Positions 8,776-18,155 of a DNA stretch of 37,810 nucleotides are shown one piece after another. Within the stretch, counting starts at the first letter, position 1. Every line of letters begins with the position of its first letter. The notes below the pieces were generated by a model. That model ran no database searches and was not told the DNA's origin. It saw only the letters and a program-made list of their open reading frames with translations. The stretch is taken from the NCBI GenBank assembly GCA_964452945.1, contig CAYVOB010000002.1, positions 1 to 37,810 on the forward strand, given 5' to 3'. Source of the DNA: an uncultured Bdellovibrionales bacterium (GTDB lineage: Bacteria; Bdellovibrionota; JAFGOL01). The position numbers and the translations under genes are program-made.

Positions 8776-9378
8776 ATGAAAGCAACGTTTATAACATTAG
8801 AAGGCATAGAAGGTGCCGGAAAAACCACCCAGGCCAAACTACTAACCCAAGCTTTAAAGCAAAAAGGTATCAATGCTATCACTACAAGGGAGCCCGGTGG
8901 AATAGAGGCGGCAGAATCCATCAGACAGATCCTGCTACATAAGGATATAGAGCCGATAACAGAGCTGTTGTTATACGAAGCCTCAAGGGCTGAGCATTTT
9001 TGCAAGATAATAAAACCGGCATTGGATTCCGGAAAAACAGTAATTTGTGATAGGTTCATTGATGCGTCTGTCGCATACCAGGGTTACGGAAGGGGTTTAG
9101 ACATAAAGCTCATTAACGACCTTAACAGGATAGCAACCTTTGGAGTGGAACCGGACTTGACCTTTGTGTTTGATATCCCGGCCCAAATGGCATTTGAAAG
9201 ACTTAAACAAAGGGGTAACGTTCTGGACAGGTTCGAAAGGTTGGATGTTAAATTCTATGAAAAGGTACGCCAAGGATATATGGATCTAAGCATTAAATAT
9301 CCAAAAAGAGTGATCGTGCTAGACGGTACAAAAGACGTAGAACAGATACACAAAACAGTAATGGAAAAAATAAAGTGA
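8776..9378 (+). CDS. tmk: Thymidylate kinase
   Basis: The ATG at 8776 gives MKATFITLEGIEGAGKTTQ, a canonical dTMP kinase N-terminus and P-loop. The track ORF begins at an upstream TTG (8689) that adds 29 non-homologous residues. Confidence 0.9.
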   Translation: MKATFITLEGIEGAGKTTQAKLLTQALKQKGINAITTREPGGIEAAESIRQILLHKDIEPITELLLYEASRAEHFCKIIKPALDSGKTVICDRFIDASVAYQGYGRGLDIKLINDLNRIATFGVEPDLTFVFDIPAQMAFERLKQRGNVLDRFERLDVKFYEKVRQGYMDLSIKYPKRVIVLDGTKDVEQIHKTVMEKIK

Positions 9379-10298
9379 AAGAAAAAATAATTGAAAGAAT
9401 AAATAAAATGAGCTCTTCATTCATTTTTCACGGTCCGAAGGGCTGCGGTAAAAAACACCTCGCATTCGATATAGCCAAGACCATGCTCTGCACGTCGGAA
9501 GATAAACCATGTGGGTCTTGTGATGAATGTAAAAAGGTGGAAGAGATGAACCATGTAAATATAATTTTTGTTCATCCGCACATAGATCCAGATAATAAAA
9601 AAAGCAAAAAAAAGGGCATGTCGATAGCTATAGACGATGTTAGAGAACAAATAATAGATCAGCTTGTTTTTACTCCTGGAGAAAAGGGCAAAAGGTTCGT
9701 TATCATAGATCAGGCTCATCGTCTTAATACAAATTCAGCTAATGCATTATTAAAATCTATAGAAGAGCCGCCGGCCAACACCATATTCTTTTTACTTACG
9801 CACAACCTTCATGGTCTTCTAGAAACTATAATATCCAGATGCCAGATCATAGGTGTTCCTCCATTAAGTGACAAAAAGTTATCACAAATAGTCGATATAC
9901 CTGAAGACCACTTCCTTATAGGTTATTCCGGGGGAAGTGCTTCTGCCTTGAACTTCTACTTGAATAATGAAGCTGTGATCAAACAGTTGATATCCTTTGT
10001 CAACAACCCCAACAGGTCATACCCAGAGATAAAGGAATTAGTAGAACAGATAGTGGATATATCTTTGGGCGACGAGGAAAACCCTATGGCTAAGGCCTCT
10101 GAATTTGAGAGCCTAGAATATCTAATGTCCCTAATAGAGACTGCACTAATAAGATCATCAAATAGGGATATCCCCAAAAAAGCTATGGAATTAAATTCTC
10201 TGTTCAAAAAAATCTATCAGAATACACCCGTTCCAATGGTCTTTGAGAACATCTTATTGGAACTATCCAGAACGGATGTTGGAGGAATAAATGTCTGA
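9375..10298 (+). CDS. holB: DNA polymerase III delta-prime subunit
   Basis: 307 aa with FHGPKGCGKKHLA (degenerate Walker A), the zinc module CGSCDECKKV and an SRC motif (IISRCQ). The GTG start overlaps the tmk stop (GTGA). The position tmk-holB-PSP1 is conserved synteny. Confidence 0.85.
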   Translation: MKEKIIERINKMSSSFIFHGPKGCGKKHLAFDIAKTMLCTSEDKPCGSCDECKKVEEMNHVNIIFVHPHIDPDNKKSKKKGMSIAIDDVREQIIDQLVFTPGEKGKRFVIIDQAHRLNTNSANALLKSIEEPPANTIFFLLTHNLHGLLETIISRCQIIGVPPLSDKKLSQIVDIPEDHFLIGYSGGSASALNFYLNNEAVIKQLISFVNNPNRSYPEIKELVEQIVDISLGDEENPMAKASEFESLEYLMSLIETALIRSSNRDIPKKAMELNSLFKKIYQNTPVPMVFENILLELSRTDVGGINV

Positions 10299-11454
10299 GT
10301 TCATCACGGTTGTTGGCGTAAAATTTAGACCTGCCGGAAGGATATATTATTATAACGTCGGGGAACACGAATTAGTGGTTGGAGATGATGTCATAGTTAA
10401 TACCCCTATTGGGTTAGGTCTTGGGACCGTAATAATAGCCCCAACGCTGGTACCTAAGGAAAAAGCCTTCTCATACAACATCGTAGGACAAAAACTTGAT
10501 CCTGATTACTTTTTAGCGAATCTTTCTCCGGCTACTTTGGATGGAAGTATAGACAGTGAACCAAAGGTTCCTGAACAACTCGATATAGTAATAAGAAAGG
10601 CTACTGCCGACGACATAAAGCACAAGGAAGACAATAAAATAGAAGCTCAAAAAGCCCACAAGTTCTGTTTTAAGATGATCAAGGAAAAGAACTTGCCGAT
10701 GAAGCTTATTAAAACAGAGATGTCACAGAACGGCAAAAAAGCGGTCTTTTACTTTACATCAAATAGCAGGGTGGACTTTAGAGAACTGGTAAAGGAACTT
10801 TTAAAAGAATTAAAGGTCAGAATAGAATTAAGACAAATAGATCTTAGGGACGAAACAAAACTTATTGGTGGTATCGGTCCTTGTGGAAAGCAGTTGTGCT
10901 GTAATTCCTTCTTAAGACACTTTAAGCCTGTAACAATAAAAATGGCCAAAGAACAGAACCTCGCCCTTAACCCTACTAAAGTCAGTGGAGTATGTGGAAG
11001 ATTGTTCTGTTGTCTTTCTTATGAAATCGATACGTATAACGAGATAAAAAGATCCCTCCCAAAGATAGGCAATAAGGTTAAGACAGCCGATGGTAACGGC
11101 AAGATAGTCAAAGTAGATATATTTACGAGTAAACTGGATATCCTGCTCGACTCAGGCGACATGATAAGGCTTGATGCAGCAGAAGTTAAAGAAATAGTAG
11201 ATACAGGAAAGCATCATCATTCTGACGTTACAAATATAATCAAAGAAGGCACACCAGAAGTATCTGAAGCTGAATTAAAAGCGCTGGAAGATCCAGATAA
11301 GGTTGTTGATATAAAGGACACGTTCATGAAGCCTGCGCCAAGGGAAGGCGGCAACAGGGACAACAGAGGCCACGACAATAGAGGAAGGGATAATAGAGGT
11401 TACGATAATAGAAACAGGGGCAATAAAGGGCCTAACAACAGAAGGCCGAGATAA
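10291..11454 (+). CDS. ricT: PSP1-domain protein (YaaT/RicT family) with an RG-rich C-terminal repeat tail
   Basis: It has the PSP1 Cys cluster GPCGKQLCCNSFL...GVCGRLFCCLSYE. It overlaps holB by 8 nt and its stop overlaps the tatD start (TAATG). Confidence 0.85.
   Translation: MSEFITVVGVKFRPAGRIYYYNVGEHELVVGDDVIVNTPIGLGLGTVIIAPTLVPKEKAFSYNIVGQKLDPDYFLANLSPATLDGSIDSEPKVPEQLDIVIRKATADDIKHKEDNKIEAQKAHKFCFKMIKEKNLPMKLIKTEMSQNGKKAVFYFTSNSRVDFRELVKELLKELKVRIELRQIDLRDETKLIGGIGPCGKQLCCNSFLRHFKPVTIKMAKEQNLALNPTKVSGVCGRLFCCLSYEIDTYNEIKRSLPKIGNKVKTADGNGKIVKVDIFTSKLDILLDSGDMIRLDAAEVKEIVDTGKHHHSDVTNIIKEGTPEVSEAELKALEDPDKVVDIKDTFMKPAPREGGNRDNRGHDNRGRDNRGYDNRNRGNKGPNNRRPR
11359..11418 (+). repeat. Four tandem 15-nt units (GAYAAYAGRGGn...) encoding xDNRG pentapeptides inside the ricT 3' end
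   Basis: The sequence reads gacaacagaggccac / gacaatagaggaagg / gataatagaggttac / gataatagaaacagg, encoding DNRGH DNRGR DNRGY DNRNR. Confidence 0.8.
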
Positions 11455-12218
11455 TGTTCTTTGTAGATACACATGCTCACCTTGATTTCGAATATGAGGA
11501 TGGCATAAGCCCTGAAAAAATAGTAAAAGAAGCTGAAGAAAACCTGGTAACCAAAATAATAACAATATCCAGCGATGTTAAATCAATTAAAAGATCCTTC
11601 GAGATAGCTTCCTCATTCGAAAACGTTTACCATTCAATGGGAGTGCACCCACATGACTCAAAGGATTTTGACCAAAACGTGGAGAACGATATCATCAGCC
11701 TTAAGGGATCAAAATGTGTTGCCATAGGAGAAACTGGACTCGACTATTACTATGAACACTCTCCGAAAGAAGTCCAAAAAAAGGTTTTTATAAAACAGAT
11801 CAACCTTGCTTCCAATTTAAAGCTACCGCTTATCATACATATAAGAGAAGCAGATAGGGACGCATACGATATACTAAAAACTGAGATAAAAGATATTTCT
11901 GCCATACTACACTGTTACTCTGGAACAAAAGAACAATTAAAGAAATACCTGGACCTTGGCCTATTCGTCTCCTTTACTGGCATAATAACTTTCCCAAAAG
12001 CCATCGACGTAAAAGAGTCTGCTGCTTATGCTCCACAAGACCGTATCATGCTTGAAACAGACTCCCCATTCCTTGCACCAGTTCCTTTTAGAGGGCAAAA
12101 AAATTATCCTAAGCACATACCAACCATTGCTCAAAAACTTGCAGAGCTCAGGAATGAAAGTTTAGAAAAGATAGCTGATTACACTTCAGAAAACGTTAAC
12201 ACCTTGTTTGGCATCTGA
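11454..12218 (+). CDS. tatD: TatD-family metal-dependent hydrolase/DNase
   Basis: 254 aa with FVDTHAHLDF at the N-terminus, GETGLDYYY, and later H and D metal ligands (LHCYSG, ETDSPFLAP). Confidence 0.9.
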   Translation: MFFVDTHAHLDFEYEDGISPEKIVKEAEENLVTKIITISSDVKSIKRSFEIASSFENVYHSMGVHPHDSKDFDQNVENDIISLKGSKCVAIGETGLDYYYEHSPKEVQKKVFIKQINLASNLKLPLIIHIREADRDAYDILKTEIKDISAILHCYSGTKEQLKKYLDLGLFVSFTGIITFPKAIDVKESAAYAPQDRIMLETDSPFLAPVPFRGQKNYPKHIPTIAQKLAELRNESLEKIADYTSENVNTLFGI

Positions 12219-12237
12219 TCTCTTCTGTAAAAATAAC

Positions 12238-12267
12238 TTGACATAAATAGCTATTGTTTTATATAAT
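12238..12267 (+). promoter_or_regulatory. Sigma-70-type promoter with consensus hexamers
   Basis: TTGACA (12238-12243), an 18-nt spacer, then TATAAT (12262-12267). SD AAGGGAG and ATG 12297 follow. Confidence 0.6.
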
Positions 12268-12296
12268 ACCAAACAAATTCAAGGGAGTGCTGTTTT

Positions 12297-12980
12297 ATGA
12301 AAAGACTTTTCCTTCTATCTTTATTGATACTTTCTTCTTACACAACGGTCCAGGCCGCCTGTTGGGATGCAAAAATACCTATAGACCCATCAGTAGAAGG
12401 TGTAAGTGATGAGCTCAAGAAAAAATACACCTCCGATGAGATAGTATCTATATACAGCAACATAATCATGCCTACAGGGACTACAATAAATCATTTGTAT
12501 AACAAACAGTACATGTGTTCCATAATCTGGCCTTATTTTGCTTTCATAATGAATGGAACGTACAAACAAAAAGAATTTAAATCTGCAACAACGGTCTTTA
12601 TACAAACTTTTGGTAACGAGGTCTTTATAAATAGGCTTAACAGTGTAGACGAACTTACTAAGATAATGCCTGCGATCAAAGGTTTTAACGGCAAAGACAA
12701 ACCAAACGATAATCCCTCTGCCTACGAAAAATTCTCTTCTAATCCAAAAAACAAAGTTCTTGTAAATTTAATGAACGGTAACGAAGCCCTGTTCATATCC
12801 ATAAAAACATATTTTAACGAAGATGAAAAGAATTCTTCTTTGAAGGATATTAAGATCGATGATCTTTTTGGTTTTTTGCTTTATTTACAGGACAAGAAAT
12901 ATCTTGATATGGAGTATCTGCCAGAATTCGACGAATATTCAAAGGACCTATTAAGTGAACTTAGTAAAATTCAAAACTGA
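12297..12980 (+). CDS. Secreted hypothetical protein (227 aa)
   Basis: Signal peptide MKRLFLLSLLILSSYTTVQA|ACW, with a good SD and its own consensus promoter. No recognisable motif. Confidence 0.75.
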   Translation: MKRLFLLSLLILSSYTTVQAACWDAKIPIDPSVEGVSDELKKKYTSDEIVSIYSNIIMPTGTTINHLYNKQYMCSIIWPYFAFIMNGTYKQKEFKSATTVFIQTFGNEVFINRLNSVDELTKIMPAIKGFNGKDKPNDNPSAYEKFSSNPKNKVLVNLMNGNEALFISIKTYFNEDEKNSSLKDIKIDDLFGFLLYLQDKKYLDMEYLPEFDEYSKDLLSELSKIQN

Positions 12981-13679
12981 TAGCATATAAAAAACGGCTG
13001 TCTCTGTCCTTAAAATATTGTCCGAAATAGAATAGAGTTCAATTCCCCAGCTCCTTATTTCTTCAAGTTCCTGTTCGGTAAAACCACCCTCCGGACCAAT
13101 AATAAAAATGGTAGAACCAGTGACATCAAGTTTTAGTTTATTAATATTAGGCCCACTTGGATCAAGTCCAATTTTATTTTTATAATTATTTACGGACAAT
13201 TTAACAGTAGAAAGATCCGATACTGGTTCAATTTTGCACCTGAACACTCTTTTACATTGTGACAAGGCTTGATCTGCTAACCTTTGCCAGCGATCTCGTA
13301 ATTTGTCATAGGATTCATTTGCGTATGGTCTTGATCGCTCAGATCTAAAAGGTATTATTGAGTCAACACCGAGCTCAACTGCTTTTTCCACCATAAGATC
13401 AAAACGCTCTCTTCTAGTCATGGAAACGACGGCACAGAGCTTGACTAAATCATCTTTTTTTACCTTTTCTATTTTCTTTACAGAAAAAGTGCCATCCCTT
13501 CTGATGAATTCAGCTGTAACAACAAGTCCATTACCGTCTATAAATTCAAAAATAGAGCCCTCTTCCGCGCGCAGTACATCTTTTATCCTGTGCAAGACTT
13601 TTGAGTCTGGGTTGATCAGAGTCCCAGGTCCAAGACTATTGATATCTGATAAAAGTTCTGGCAGGAATATTCTTTTCAT
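12951..13679 (-). CDS. rsmE: 16S rRNA (uracil1498-N3)-methyltransferase
   Basis: 242 aa with an N-terminal PUA-like region, a C-terminal SPOUT motif IGPEGGFTEQELE and LRTETA. The ATGA start overlaps the hldC stop. Confidence 0.9.
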   Translation of the reverse strand: MKRIFLPELLSDINSLGPGTLINPDSKVLHRIKDVLRAEEGSIFEFIDGNGLVVTAEFIRRDGTFSVKKIEKVKKDDLVKLCAVVSMTRRERFDLMVEKAVELGVDSIIPFRSERSRPYANESYDKLRDRWQRLADQALSQCKRVFRCKIEPVSDLSTVKLSVNNYKNKIGLDPSGPNINKLKLDVTGSTIFIIGPEGGFTEQELEEIRSWGIELYSISDNILRTETAVFYMLSVLNFTKFT

Positions 13680-14152
13680 TTATATGCTTTGAGAATCTTG
13701 TCTATTAATATACTGGTAGATATGCCGGGTAACAACTCTATTAACTCTACCTTTCCACCTTCAGCTTTAACGATATCTTCACCGACAACACCCTTTTCCT
13801 TCCAGTCTTCACCCTTTACTAGAATATTCGGTCTTACCTTTTTTATTAGTTCCAAGGGAGTGTCCTGCTCAAAAACACAAAGATAATCGATTGAGCTTAA
13901 CCCCTGTAAAAGCCTTAATCTGTTCTCAAGTGTAACTATAGGTCTGGCCTTGCCCTTTATACTTTTGACAGAGGCATCACTGTTAACTCCAACAACCAGT
14001 ATGTCCCCAAGTTTTTTTGCCTTATCCATATAATCAACGTGTCCGGCATGTATAAGGTCAAAACAACCGTTGGTAAAGACTATCGTCTTGCCACTCTCTT
14101 TAAGCTTAGAAAAAAGATCTTCAACTCTATCTGTAGATATTATTTCAGCCAA
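13676..14152 (-). CDS. hldC: D-glycero-beta-D-manno-heptose-1-phosphate adenylyltransferase (stand-alone RfaE domain II)
   Basis: 158 aa. FTNGCFDLIHAGHVDY...VGVNSDASVK...LVKGEDW aligns along its whole length with domain II of E. coli HldE. The apparent start is TTG, overlapping the upstream RDD gene by 8 nt. Confidence 0.8.
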   Translation of the reverse strand: MAEIISTDRVEDLFSKLKESGKTIVFTNGCFDLIHAGHVDYMDKAKKLGDILVVGVNSDASVKSIKGKARPIVTLENRLRLLQGLSSIDYLCVFEQDTPLELIKKVRPNILVKGEDWKEKGVVGEDIVKAEGGKVELIELLPGISTSILIDKILKAYK

Positions 14153-14807
14153 TATTCACCAGCCTGGTCTTTGTCAAAAAATTATGAACACCAAGGAGAC
14201 CAATAGGAGGAACAAAGAACAATAGTGTTCTTAAGAGTGCCTTTCCAAATGATGGTTTGTGATCGTTGTGATCGACCAATTTAATATTAAGGAACATCTT
14301 ACCGGGGGTCTGCCCCATCGTCCCTTCAAAATATACAAGATACAGAACAAAGATTGCTGCATATAACGCCGTAAGCCAAATAACAACGCCGTTAGAAGCC
14401 AACCCATAAACCTTTATCTGTGTGAATTTTTCAACTCCAAAGAACGTAACAGAAGCATATACAAAAGCCATTAGTGCTATACCTACTATACAAAGATCTG
14501 TACAGAAGGCATAAGTTCTTCGTATGATACCGGCGGAATGTGTTGCGCTGCTGAATACCTGAACGTTCTTTTCCTTGTTGGTCACAGCAGGTCTTACAAA
14601 GCCTTTTTCTTCGCTGTATATCAAACCGGGATTGATGACATATTGCTGCGCTTTTCTCTTAGCATATTCAGCTCTTAACCTGTTCTTCTCCTCTTCATCC
14701 ATGTTGAACCTATCAAAGGGCCTGTTAGAGGTCTCCCCAGCCTTGTGCTCACTCATTCTACCAAGAACGCGGTCTATCTCGCTATCAGATATAAAACTGG
14801 TGTTCAT
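14145..14807 (-). CDS. RDD-family integral membrane protein with a roughly 95-aa cytoplasmic N-terminal extension
   Basis: It shows the RDD pattern AGIIRRTYAFCTDLCIVGIAL ... GQTPGKMFLNIKLVD, about three TM helices, and SD GGAGG upstream. Confidence 0.7.
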   Translation of the reverse strand: MNTSFISDSEIDRVLGRMSEHKAGETSNRPFDRFNMDEEEKNRLRAEYAKRKAQQYVINPGLIYSEEKGFVRPAVTNKEKNVQVFSSATHSAGIIRRTYAFCTDLCIVGIALMAFVYASVTFFGVEKFTQIKVYGLASNGVVIWLTALYAAIFVLYLVYFEGTMGQTPGKMFLNIKLVDHNDHKPSFGKALLRTLLFFVPPIGLLGVHNFLTKTRLVNIG

Positions 14808-14870
14808 ATAAACACCTCCATTGGTGGGGATTATAGAACAAATTATATACGCTGTTCAAGTAAATTCTTA

Positions 14871-16148
14871 CTAATTTGTGTTCCTGACGCTAAAAGGCAG
14901 CGCATCTGTGGAGATTTTTTTGTTATTATCGAATAAGGCGGATATCTTAAGAAAATAATCACCATTTTTTAACATGGGAACAAAAACAAAAGGCTGTTCT
15001 GTTGTATTGGCATATTCAACACTTATAAACGAGGGACTGGTGCTTATAGCCACACTATAGACCTTAACCTTTGACAAAGGCTTCCATACTATCGGAAAGA
15101 AGTTCCCGTTTGAGTCAACCAAACCACCTTTAGCAGGGACTTCCACAGCAAGGTCCTGAGCGGTTATTATATAAAAGCTTCTGGGAGTAGAGGTGTTTCC
15201 TTTTTCATCCCTTACGTACCAAAAATAATAACCAGGACTTAAGGTTTGTAGAGGATCATCAATAATATATCTGTTGGTCTTAAGTTCAACAGATTGAGCC
15301 ACTCCAGAAAATCCCGACATAATTGTAAGGTTATAATCCTTTTCCTTCATGTCAGAGGACCACTCGAACTCTATTGTGCCATCAGATATTATTTCCTGAT
15401 TATTTGGCTTTATAGCATGTATCACCGAACTCTTGGCTATCTCAAAGCTACAAGTGTGGCTGCCTTTGAGCCTCCAATAATATTTGCCTATCTTAAGCAT
15501 AGTAGTTTTTATTGAGTTAGAATGTGTCTTTAATTCAAAAACAAGATCGTTAAAATCGGTGGTTGTCGAAACCTGAAAATATTTTAAAGAACTCTTTAAC
15601 CCACTCGAACTTAGTTCTACAGAATAATAACCATCTACATTTGCTTCAAAAAGCTCTCCACATGGTGCAAGCATCGTATTAGAAATAAAGGTCGCTGTGT
15701 TAGTTTCCATAGGATCTAGGAACTTAAAAACACCATTTTTAGAACTACAAAGATATTTACCCGCCACGGTCTTGTCAGCTCCTCTTGTGCCGTAACAGCC
15801 ATATAAAAGATCTATCTGAGCAACCGCTGGGTCAGAGATCCTGATTGAAGAAGAAGCTCCCAGCCCCAACCAAAGGTCCTTTTTTAACTTCAATAGTATT
15901 GCACTATCATCACCATAAGTGGCAAGTATGGAGTTCTTGTCTATCTTGGTATCGTTATCGACCAAAGACCAGGTCTTAAGGTTTTTATCTGCTATTAAAA
16001 CAACGTTTTTGATAGCCTCTATTTGTATCTTAAAACTTTCTTGTGTTGCCTTTTGTTTCTTGTCTAAAAAGAACATTACGCCCATTACGGTAACGAATGT
16101 GACAGCCGCGGCTAGGATAAAGAACTGTAGTATCTTTTTCATTTTCAT
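14871..16148 (-). CDS. Membrane-anchored periplasmic protein with a FecR-like domain and three beta-sandwich-like modules
   Basis: N-terminal anchor MKMKKILQFFILAAAVTFVTVMGVMFF. A FecR-like segment reads ILATYGDDSAILLKLKKDLWLGLGASSSIRISD. Module motifs recur: GKYYWRLKG, PGYYFWYVRDEKGNTS, NGDYFLKISA. Confidence 0.7.
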   Translation of the reverse strand: MKMKKILQFFILAAAVTFVTVMGVMFFLDKKQKATQESFKIQIEAIKNVVLIADKNLKTWSLVDNDTKIDKNSILATYGDDSAILLKLKKDLWLGLGASSSIRISDPAVAQIDLLYGCYGTRGADKTVAGKYLCSSKNGVFKFLDPMETNTATFISNTMLAPCGELFEANVDGYYSVELSSSGLKSSLKYFQVSTTTDFNDLVFELKTHSNSIKTTMLKIGKYYWRLKGSHTCSFEIAKSSVIHAIKPNNQEIISDGTIEFEWSSDMKEKDYNLTIMSGFSGVAQSVELKTNRYIIDDPLQTLSPGYYFWYVRDEKGNTSTPRSFYIITAQDLAVEVPAKGGLVDSNGNFFPIVWKPLSKVKVYSVAISTSPSFISVEYANTTEQPFVFVPMLKNGDYFLKISALFDNNKKISTDALPFSVRNTN

Positions 16149-16155
16149 AACTTCG

Positions 16156-16165
16156 CATTATAATG
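16156..16165. promoter_or_regulatory. Palindromic -10 element CATTATAATG in the 30-bp divergent spacer between the FecR-like gene and ligA
   Basis: It reads TATAAT on both strands (plus 16159-16164, minus 16162-16157). The minus copy ends 8 nt before ATG 16148 and the plus copy ends 14 nt before ATG 16179. Neither gene has an SD. Confidence 0.3.
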
Positions 16166-16178
16166 TATATTCGTTAAT

Positions 16179-18155
16179 ATGGATATAAAGTCCCGGATAC
16201 AGGTGCTTGTTGACGAATTGAACTATCATGCATATCGCTATTATATCCTGGATGATCCGGAGATCTCAGATAGTGAATATGATTCTTTGTTCAACGAACT
16301 ACAAAGACTGGAGTCACAGGACCCAGCATCCATATTAAGCTATTCACCTACGCAAAAGGTCGGCTTTAAAGTCCTAGATACTTTTACCAAAGTAAAACAT
16401 CGATTCCCTATGCTATCTCTTTCAAACGTTTTTAATGTGGAAGAACTAAGGGAATTCGATGAAAGGATAAAAAAACTTTTAAACACAGAAAAGCCTATTG
16501 AATATATTGTTGAACCAAAGCTCGATGGGCTTGCCGTAGCCATAAGATACGAGAACGGAGTTTACAAGAATGCAGCTACAAGGGGTGATGGTGAGACCGG
16601 AGAGGACATAACAGAGAACATCAAGACAATAAAGAACGTACCCCTAAAGATGCTCGGAGATGACTATCCCAATATCTTTGAAATACGAGGAGAAGTAGTA
16701 ATACCGATAAAAAAGTTCGATTACCTAAACAAACAAAAATTAAACTCTTCACAAAAGCCAGTCGCTAACCCACGCAACGCTGCCGCTGGTTCTGTTAGAC
16801 AATTAGACCCAAAGGTAACTGCTCAAAGACCGCTGTATTTTTACGCACACAGTTTTACGGAAGAAGAGAATTTTAGCTCACATTCTGATGCATTGAAAAA
16901 AGCAAAAGAATGGGGTTTTATGATACCAGAAAAAACTCTCCTGACAAAAGACATCAACAAAATAGAATCTTTCTTTTTAGAATTGATAGAGAACCGGCAT
17001 AAGCTGGTCGTCGGCATAGATGGAGTAGTAGTAAAAGTTAATAGCACTGAGCTACAAAAAGACATAGGTTATATTGCAAGGTCTCCTCGTTGGGCTGTAG
17101 CATGGAAGCCTCCAGCGCAAAATGCAATAACGAAGGTTGTGGCAATAACGGTCCAGGTTGGGCGTACAGGTGTACTTACCCCGGTTGCAGAATTAGAACC
17201 GGTAGAGGTAGGTGGCGTAGAGATAAAAAGGGCAACACTTCACAATGCTTCTGACCTTGAGAAAAAGGACGTTCGTATTGGCGATGCTGTGGTAATAGAA
17301 AGAGCCGGAGATGTAATACCTTTTATAGTAAGAGTCGTTGAATATAAGGATGGCAAAAGAAATATCCCCTTCTCTTTCCCATCACAGTGTCCAGAATGTG
17401 GAATGAACACATATAGGGATGGAGTTAATTTTATTTGTAGGAACATAAAATGTCCGGCGAGAATAAAGGAAGCCCTTCATCATTTTATATCAAGGAATAG
17501 TATGAACATAGATGGTGTAGGCGAAAAATTGATCGATCAGCTAGTTGATAGGGGCTTAGTGGCATCATTCTCTGATATCTATAGACTAAACGAAGCTACC
17601 ATTTTGATGCTGGATAGAATGGGCACTAAAAGTGCCAAAAATACAATAGAGGCTATTAATTCATCAAAAACGGTAACTATGGACCGTTTTATAAACTCTC
17701 TGGGGATAGATCTAATTGGGCCAGAAAGCTCAAAGGAACTTTGCAAAAGATTTTCAAAGATTGAGGACTTATTCCATATAAATGAAAAAGCCCTACAGGG
17801 CATCTACGGTTTTGGACCTAATATTATAGAGAGCCTCGTTTCATATTTTAACGATGATAAAAACATAAAAGAAATAAAGGACCTGCTCTCTTTAGGAGTT
17901 AAGATCACCAACAATTCTGAGGGCTCATCGAACAAACTTAATGGAATAACCTTTGTAATCACAGGAAGTTTTGATGAAATGGGCCGGGATGAAATTACAA
18001 AACTTATAGAAGACAAAGGCGGAAAAGTATCTTCAAGCGTAAGCAAGAGAACAAGTTATGTTATAGCTGGAATAGAACCTGGATCAAAACTACAAAAAGC
18101 AGAAGAACTTGGAGTTAAAATAATAGATCTAAAAGGGCTTAAAACTCTTCTCTAA
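16179..18155 (+). CDS. ligA: NAD-dependent DNA ligase
   Basis: 658 aa with the adenylation motif EPKLDGLAV, an OB fold, a four-Cys zinc finger (CPECG...CRNIKCP), HhH repeats and a C-terminal BRCT (ITFVITGSF). Confidence 0.95.
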   Translation: MDIKSRIQVLVDELNYHAYRYYILDDPEISDSEYDSLFNELQRLESQDPASILSYSPTQKVGFKVLDTFTKVKHRFPMLSLSNVFNVEELREFDERIKKLLNTEKPIEYIVEPKLDGLAVAIRYENGVYKNAATRGDGETGEDITENIKTIKNVPLKMLGDDYPNIFEIRGEVVIPIKKFDYLNKQKLNSSQKPVANPRNAAAGSVRQLDPKVTAQRPLYFYAHSFTEEENFSSHSDALKKAKEWGFMIPEKTLLTKDINKIESFFLELIENRHKLVVGIDGVVVKVNSTELQKDIGYIARSPRWAVAWKPPAQNAITKVVAITVQVGRTGVLTPVAELEPVEVGGVEIKRATLHNASDLEKKDVRIGDAVVIERAGDVIPFIVRVVEYKDGKRNIPFSFPSQCPECGMNTYRDGVNFICRNIKCPARIKEALHHFISRNSMNIDGVGEKLIDQLVDRGLVASFSDIYRLNEATILMLDRMGTKSAKNTIEAINSSKTVTMDRFINSLGIDLIGPESSKELCKRFSKIEDLFHINEKALQGIYGFGPNIIESLVSYFNDDKNIKEIKDLLSLGVKITNNSEGSSNKLNGITFVITGSFDEMGRDEITKLIEDKGGKVSSSVSKRTSYVIAGIEPGSKLQKAEELGVKIIDLKGLKTLL

